The position numbers were made by a program, and so were the translations under genes. Shown here piece by piece: positions 6,479 through 11,487 of a DNA stretch of 11,487 nt. Every line of letters begins with the position of its first letter. Position 1 is the stretch's first letter. The notes beneath the pieces were generated by a model. The model made no database searches. It saw only the letters and a program-made list of their open reading frames with translations, and had not been told where the DNA came from. Origin of the DNA: a bacterium (GTDB lineage: Bacteria > BMS3Abin14); assembly GCA_020349685.1 (NCBI GenBank), contig CP070698.1:394662-406148 (forward strand), written 5' to 3'.

Positions 6479-8191
6479 ATGACGTTCACTAGGAGACCGT
6501 CCAGAATCCTCATTGTCGAGGATGATCCTGTTTCCAGGAGCCTCCTGAAAAATATATTCCATAATGAAGGCTACCAGGTCGAGGAGGCAGCCGACGGGAT
6601 CAAGGGGCTCGAAAAGGCCATCGCTGATCCACCCGACCTTATCTGTCTGGACATTATCCTGCCGGGCCTGTCAGGTTACGAGGTCTGCCGTTCGGTCAAG
6701 CAGGACAAGAGTGGTGCCAGCATCCCCATCCTCATGATCACCTCCCTCACGAAGAGGGAGGACATCGTCAAAGGTCTGAAATCGGGAGCGACCGATTACA
6801 TCACAAAACCCTTCTCGCCCGTAGAGGTCCTCGCCAGGGTAAAGGTGAACCTTGACCACAGGTTCGCCGTCAAGCAGCTTCTGGAAAGGTCAGGCCGTTT
6901 CGAACTGGCCTGTGACGTTCTGGAAACAACCACATCTTCCCTGGAACTGAAACAGGTCCTCTACCACCTCGTGTCGAAAACCGCCGAATTCCTCGACTGC
7001 GAGCGCTGCTCCATCATCTCGGTGGAGGGGAACTGGGGCGATGAGGGAGACATCCCCGTGGGCCGCCTCCTCGTCTCCCACGACGACCCCAACGTCCCCG
7101 AACTGAAGATCGATCTGATCAAATACCCGGAGATCCTCAAATCCTTCAGGACCGGGGAGGTGGTGATCGTTGAGGACGTCTTGAACGACCCCCTCATGGA
7201 GGAGGTAAAGGAAAAGATCCTGGACCTTCCTTTCAGGTCCGTCATGGCGCTCCCCCTTGCCTTCAGAGGGGAGATCCTCGGCGCCATGCTTTTGAGGGCC
7301 ACGAGAGCGGATACGGGCTTCAGCGAGGAAGAGATCATCATGGCGAGGATCATCGCCGGAGCCAGCACCAACGCCCTGAGAAACGCTGCCCTGTACGAGC
7401 GCCTGACCAGGAAGAATGAAGCCCTCGAGAGGATGAATGAGGAGCTGAGCATCGCCAATCATGAACTGGAGAACCTGAGCCAGGCCAAATCGGATTTCGT
7501 ATCCATGGTCTCCCACGAACTTCGCACGCCCCTTACCTCGATCATCGGCTTTTCCGAACTGCTCGCCGAGGCACACATAGGTGAGCTCACCGATGAACAG
7601 GACGAGTACATCAGGCAGATCCTTCGGAAGGGCAAGGACCTTCTCGCCCTGATCAACGACCTCCTGGATGCCGGCCGCCTGGAAACCGGCAAGCTTGCCA
7701 TGCGCTACCAGGAGGTCAAGCTGGAGAACGCCCTCCTCGCCGTGAGGTCCTCCACCCGGCACGTAACCGAAAGCCTCCCCATTATCAACACCCACATCCC
7801 GGCCGACCTGCCGACCTTCGAGGGGGACGCGGACAAGATCACCCAGATCCTGACCAACCTGGTCACCAACGCCCTGAAGTTCAGTCCATCGGGATCGCCA
7901 GTGGACATCATCGCTTCGAAGATCCGCGGGAGGAGAGAAAGCGACCGGGGCGATCTGATCCAGATCAGCGTCAAGGACAGGGGGATCGGGATCCGGGAAG
8001 AGGACCGGCAGAGGATCTTCGACCAGTTCGTTCAGGTTCAGCAGGGAAGCTCCCGCTCATTCCAGGGCGCCGGTCTTGGCCTTTACATCTGCCGCTCCTT
8101 CGTTGAACTTCACGGCGGCAAGATCTGGGTCGAATCAACCCTGGGTGAAGGAAGCACCTTCCACTTCACGATACCGATAAAACAAAGCTGA
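6479..8191 (+). CDS. Soluble hybrid sensor histidine kinase (REC - GAF - coiled coil - HisKA - HATPase_c)
   Basis: Receiver: ILIVEDD, ICLDIILP, YITKPF. GAF: 'FRSVMALPLAFRGEILGAMLL'. H-box SHELRTPLTSI, N-box QILTNLVTNALKF, G1 DRGIGI, G2 GAGLGL. No transmembrane segment seen. Confidence 0.95.
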   Translation: MTFTRRPSRILIVEDDPVSRSLLKNIFHNEGYQVEEAADGIKGLEKAIADPPDLICLDIILPGLSGYEVCRSVKQDKSGASIPILMITSLTKREDIVKGLKSGATDYITKPFSPVEVLARVKVNLDHRFAVKQLLERSGRFELACDVLETTTSSLELKQVLYHLVSKTAEFLDCERCSIISVEGNWGDEGDIPVGRLLVSHDDPNVPELKIDLIKYPEILKSFRTGEVVIVEDVLNDPLMEEVKEKILDLPFRSVMALPLAFRGEILGAMLLRATRADTGFSEEEIIMARIIAGASTNALRNAALYERLTRKNEALERMNEELSIANHELENLSQAKSDFVSMVSHELRTPLTSIIGFSELLAEAHIGELTDEQDEYIRQILRKGKDLLALINDLLDAGRLETGKLAMRYQEVKLENALLAVRSSTRHVTESLPIINTHIPADLPTFEGDADKITQILTNLVTNALKFSPSGSPVDIIASKIRGRRESDRGDLIQISVKDRGIGIREEDRQRIFDQFVQVQQGSSRSFQGAGLGLYICRSFVELHGGKIWVESTLGEGSTFHFTIPIKQS

Positions 8192-8196
8192 AAAGC

Positions 8197-8264
8197 AGTG
8201 TCTGGTGTCTAGATTCTAGTGTCTAGAAACTGCAATCTTAAAAGCCAGAAACCAGACACTAGAC
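8197..8264. repeat. Left part of a CTAG-heptamer fold-back element interrupted by the IS
   Basis: AGTGTCT GGTGTCT AGATTCT AGTGTCT AG (8197-8226), a spacer, then inverted units CCAGAAA CCAGACA CTAGAC up to the IS end. Confidence 0.85.
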
Positions 8265-9421
8265 TGTCCAGTTTCGTTTAGGTGTTGACAGTTTCATAGT
8301 GACACCTCCGTTTGTTTGCGGTGAGCCTCGATAACCTGAGCAGGTGTTCTTCCTTTGGTGCGATAACCATGGTGACTACGGTCGAAGTTGTAATATCTCA
8401 TGTACCCATCCAGTTCCCTCTGCATCTGGGGAACACCGGTAAAGAAGCGTCTTCGGAAAGCCACACGCCACAGTTCGTTGAGGATCGTACCCTGCAGCCT
8501 TTCCACAAAACCGTTGGTCCAGGCGTGTCTGGCCTTGGTTCTGGTGTGGCGGATCCCCCTGGAGGCACACAACTGGTCGAACTCTCCGAAGTACTCTCGG
8601 CCCCGGTCTGTCAGGACCCGTTGAACATCAAAGCCAAGACCGGCAAAAGTGGGAATCACAGTATCTTTGAGGAAAGCAGCCGATTTTTTCGCACTCCAGT
8701 TCCCCGTGATGAGCCTGGCCACACCGAAAGAAGTGGCCGCGTCACAGGCCGTGTACTGCCAGACCTTGCCCACTCCCTTGAGTTTGCCGATGTAGAAGGT
8801 GTCGATGCACACCAGTTCTCCAGGCAAAGAGGCATGAACGTGGCGCGGTTTATGGCCTCGGGCCCGAAGAAGCTCGCGTCGTGTCCTTTCCGTCAGGAGC
8901 CCCGCCGTTTCAGCCGAGTGCTGTTCCAGGACCACCAGACGCTCGAAACGGGTCTGCAGCCCGTGGCGCTTGAGGATCCGGTAGACCGTGCTGGGATGAA
9001 CAACAATCCCGTGATGCTGCCTCACCTTACCGGCCAGAAACACAGGGCCGCGGGTCGGATCTGCCACAGCCCAGGCCAGAACCATCCGCTCGATGTGCGG
9101 CGGCGTCCGACGGGGATGGTCCGGAGCCTTCAATGGACCGGGACGGAGGCCATCCCTGCCGTACTGTTCGTAAAGTCTCCTCCACCGGTAAAACAGCGTC
9201 CGGCTGATCCCCAGATCCCGACACACCTGGCTGATGTTCCCAACACGGGACGCATAAACCATGGCATGAAGCCGAAACTGGTGTACACTATCTGCGAGGG
9301 TCATAACTTCGCCTCCTTTCTTGTGTCGCAACAAAAAGGATAAGCGATTTGACCCTCTTTTGCTTTCAAAGAACTAAGGTCATTTACTGCTGACCTGTAA
9401 ACACTAAACTGAAACTTTACA
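8265..9421 (-). mobile_element. IS481-family insertion sequence, 1157 bp
   Basis: TGT...ACA termini. Imperfect ~27-bp terminal inverted repeats: TGTCCAGTTTC-GTTTAGGTGTTGACAG versus TGTAAAGTTTCAGTTTAG-TGTTTACAG. A single DDE transposase ORF fills the element. Confidence 0.92.
8294..9304 (-). CDS. IS481-family DDE transposase
   Basis: AAGGAGG RBS before ATG 9304, preferred over TTG 9334. N-terminal HTH 'NISQVCRDLGISRTLFYRWRR', second HTH 'HPSTVYRILKRHG', catalytic triad in VCIDTF / LTDRGREY / NGFVERLQ. No frameshift. Confidence 0.93.
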   Translation of the reverse strand: MTLADSVHQFRLHAMVYASRVGNISQVCRDLGISRTLFYRWRRLYEQYGRDGLRPGPLKAPDHPRRTPPHIERMVLAWAVADPTRGPVFLAGKVRQHHGIVVHPSTVYRILKRHGLQTRFERLVVLEQHSAETAGLLTERTRRELLRARGHKPRHVHASLPGELVCIDTFYIGKLKGVGKVWQYTACDAATSFGVARLITGNWSAKKSAAFLKDTVIPTFAGLGFDVQRVLTDRGREYFGEFDQLCASRGIRHTRTKARHAWTNGFVERLQGTILNELWRVAFRRRFFTGVPQMQRELDGYMRYYNFDRSHHGYRTKGRTPAQVIEAHRKQTEVSL

Positions 9422-9453
9422 CTCTAGACTCCAGACCCTAGACTCTAGACACT
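9422..9453. repeat. Right part of the CTAG-heptamer fold-back element
   Basis: CT CTAGACT CCAGACC CTAGACT CTAGACA CT; 9424-9453 matches the reverse complement of 8197-8226 at 24/30 positions. Confidence 0.85.
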
Positions 9454-9465
9454 CGGTTTCAGGCA

Positions 9466-9825
9466 CTACGTGCCTGAAACCGTTCCCTCCCTCATGGCCT
9501 GGCCGATCTCCGCTTTGGCATTTTCGATGGCCTCCCCATCAGGCTCGTCCTCGCCGAGCAGCTGCAGGAGGTGTATGAGTTTGTCAGAGATGGGTGAGTC
9601 GATGACCCAAATGTGAGCGTTGAGCATCTCGCTGTTCTGCCCGGGGTGCTGCAGCATCATGAGGTCGTTGGAGGCGAGGCGGAATTTGTGCTCGCAGAAC
9701 TCCCCGTGGGCGCCTTCCGGGCAGGTGCAAGTGATGAACAGCCTGTCTTCATCCTTCCGGAAGGTGACCTTGAAGGGTTCTTCGGTGCTGGTCCGCGCCA
9801 GCAGGGTGATCTCGTTTGTTCCCAT
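9466..9825 (-). CDS. Small SWIM zinc-finger domain protein
   Basis: 'PFKVTF...LFITCTCPEGAHGEFCEHK' fits the CxC-x(n)-CxH SWIM pattern; AGGAG RBS upstream of ATG 9825. Confidence 0.8.
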   Translation of the reverse strand: MGTNEITLLARTSTEEPFKVTFRKDEDRLFITCTCPEGAHGEFCEHKFRLASNDLMMLQHPGQNSEMLNAHIWVIDSPISDKLIHLLQLLGEDEPDGEAIENAKAEIGQAMREGTVSGT

Positions 9826-9843
9826 GGGTAGCTCCTAAATGTG

Positions 9844-9995
9844 GCTGAATGGTGAACGGTGGATCGTCAATAGTATTTATTTCCAAATTTTAAATTCCAA
9901 ATTTCAAGGCAGTGTTATCTAAGATCCCGGATCCAAGTCCCAGTTTTTTAATCCTGATTTGACTTCCTCTGCTTCCCTTCGCGTACTTGGCGGTT
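9844..9995. repeat. Mosaic of short periodic arrays (three heptamer types plus one 9-mer type)
   Basis: GCTGAAT GGTGAAC GGTGGAT CGTCAAT (9844-9871); ATTTCCA AATTTTA AATTCCA AATTTCA (9879-9906); TATCTAA GATCCCG GATCCAA GTCCCAG (9916-9943); CCTCTGCTTCC CTTCGCGTA CTTGGCGGTT (9966-9995). Confidence 0.7.
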
Positions 9996-10008
9996 AAATC
10001 AGCCCCTT

Positions 10009-10443
10009 TCAGGAGATAAGGGATAGCTCCTCGTCGCTCGGCAGGGTCCCGAACAGCTGCCCCTCGATGACGGTCTCGCCCCTCTGGTTGACGAGGAGGG
10101 CGGAACATTTCACGCGCCTGCGTTCGTCCATTTCCTCGATCGTCAAGGTGCAGGTGACGGTGTCACCGCAGTAAACAGGGCGCCGGAAACGGAAGTTCAT
10201 TCCCGCCGCCAGCATGGAAAGCTGACCCCCGATCTCGGTGACGAGGCTGCCCACGTGGAGGCCGTGGCAGATCAGGCCGTCGAACCCCTTGGCCTTGATA
10301 TATTCCCTGTTGAAATGGATGGGGTTGTGGTCGTGGGAGGCCCCCGTGAAGAGAAGAACGTCATCCTCAGTGAAGGTGCGTGTCACGGAGAAGGTTTCGC
10401 CGGCTTTGACCCCTGCAAGCAACCTTTTTCTGATAGAGGTCAT
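10009..10443 (-). CDS. MaoC-family (hotdog fold) dehydratase, PhaJ-like (R)-specific enoyl-CoA hydratase
   Basis: 'FTGASHDHNPIH' catalytic D-x4-H motif, 'ICHGL', 'FRRPVYCGDTV'. Its ATG directly abuts the patatin stop codon. Confidence 0.9.
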   Translation of the reverse strand: MTSIRKRLLAGVKAGETFSVTRTFTEDDVLLFTGASHDHNPIHFNREYIKAKGFDGLICHGLHVGSLVTEIGGQLSMLAAGMNFRFRRPVYCGDTVTCTLTIEEMDERRRVKCSALLVNQRGETVIEGQLFGTLPSDEELSLIS

Positions 10444-11238
10444 CTATTTATCCCATTTCTGGATGCAATCGGCAAGATCACGCCGGAACTGCTCCACATC
10501 CCTGCCTACCTCTTTGAAGATCTCGTCTTTTCGGTAAAAATCCAGGAGCTGGAAGTTCTTCAGGCGGGGTTGGATCAAAATGTCCGGTTTCGAGTTTTTC
10601 ATTTTGCTGCGGATGATGGAAGCCTGCATCGTCTGGAATGTGGAGAAGATATTCTCCAGCATGTTCGGGGCGGGTTCTTTTTTATCGGATACCCTCTCGC
10701 CCGAGACATCGATGGCAACCAGGATGTCGCAATTCTCGCGGATGAGATCGTAGGGCAGCGGGTTGACCGTCCCCCCATCTGTGAGGGCCCGTCCTCCCAG
10801 GATAAGGGGCTCTAAGACGACCGGCACAGCGATGCTGGCCCTGACCGCGGTCACGAGATCACCGCTGTCAAAGACCACCTCTTCCCTTTTCCAGAAGTCG
10901 GTCGCCACGATCTTCAGGGGTATGGACAGTTCGGAAAAGTTCCTGGCAGGAAGGTTTTCGTTGAGAAAGTCCTCCACCTTCTTCCCTTTTATCAGGCCTG
11001 AGTTGCTGAAGATGGAGAGGTCGATCATGCTTCCCATCTTCCGGATGCCCATGTCGTCGAAAAGACCCTCGATCTGTTTCCCCTCCATTCCACCGGCGTA
11101 AAAAGCCCCAACCAGGGCACCCATAGAGGTCCCCGAGACGATGGCGGGCTTTAATCCCATCTCATCCAGGGCTTTGAGGAAGGCGATATGAGAAAGACCC
11201 TTCGCCCCTCCGCTGCCCAGCGCAAGCCCGATCCTCAT
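10444..11238 (-). CDS. Patatin-like phospholipase/esterase (RssA/NTE-like)
   Basis: GSGGAKG oxyanion loop, GTSMG nucleophile elbow, ASIAVP and DGG motifs. Confidence 0.93.
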   Translation of the reverse strand: MRIGLALGSGGAKGLSHIAFLKALDEMGLKPAIVSGTSMGALVGAFYAGGMEGKQIEGLFDDMGIRKMGSMIDLSIFSNSGLIKGKKVEDFLNENLPARNFSELSIPLKIVATDFWKREEVVFDSGDLVTAVRASIAVPVVLEPLILGGRALTDGGTVNPLPYDLIRENCDILVAIDVSGERVSDKKEPAPNMLENIFSTFQTMQASIIRSKMKNSKPDILIQPRLKNFQLLDFYRKDEIFKEVGRDVEQFRRDLADCIQKWDK

Positions 11239-11487
11239 TGTTTAAAACCTTTCAAAACTGTTTCCTGACAGCTGAATTCACATTGGACCTCCCTGATACA
11301 ATCAAGAGGTTGATTCTTCTACCCGCTCAGTAAAACCCGTATTTTATTCTTTTAACAGGGATGAAAGGGACGAGTTGCAGTCAAACCCATCTCCCCCAAG
11401 TGTTGAAAAATGCCATTTACTCTTTTTGATTATGCGCGGTTGTCAATGCCCAATGATAAGGCCGGGAACTTTCAGTTCCATGGCCTG

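Noticed and set aside
326-7795. Long antisense or overlapping ORFs (326-946, 1361-2014, 4757-5299, 6890-7795 and similar)
   Set aside because: Shadow frames of well-supported genes with no protein motifs.
8285-8313. TTGACA inside the IS terminal repeat as an antisense promoter
   Set aside because: No -10 hexamer at a 16-18 nt spacing.
8312-9343. 343-aa ORF antisense to the transposase
   Set aside because: It is in exact antisense codon register, so it stays open simply because TTA/CTA/TCA codons are rare in a GC-rich gene. No RBS or recognisable domain.
8197-9453. Repeat arrays as a CRISPR or mini-CRISPR array
   Set aside because: Units are 7-14 nt and contiguous, with no unique spacers and no cas genes.
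9890-10108. 72-aa ORF overlapping the MaoC 3' end and the repeat mosaic
   Set aside because: Out-of-frame overlap whose tail merely translates the repeat arrays.
11294-11446. Promoter-like motifs upstream of patatin (TGATACAAT on + at 11294-11302; TTGACA on - at 11446-11441)
   Set aside because: The minus-strand -35 has no properly spaced -10, and the plus-strand extended -10 has no identifiable downstream gene within the window.

Overview
GC-rich bacterial chromosomal window; gene content and protein style suggest a deltaproteobacterial-type (Desulfobacterota/Myxococcota-like) diderm, which is inference only. Left to right: 3' part of bamD, a cytoplasmic TPR protein and a TsaP-like LysM protein (+); the gap-pgk-tpiA-secG cluster (-); a divergent REC-GAF-HisKA-HATPase hybrid kinase (+); an intact 1157-bp IS481-family element; then a small SWIM zinc-finger protein, a MaoC/PhaJ-like hydratase and a patatin-like hydrolase (-). 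The most unusual signal is intergenic. Several spacers carry short degenerate periodic arrays: 7-nt units built on different palindromic 4-mer cores (CTAG, AGCT, AATT, GATC), plus 8-9-nt CGCAG/CGCNAAG units, some arranged as long fold-back elements. The IS481 copy sits inside the CTAG-heptamer fold-back element, and an orphan IS200/IS605-like hairpin end lies behind secG. No tRNA, rRNA or CRISPR array was recognised.
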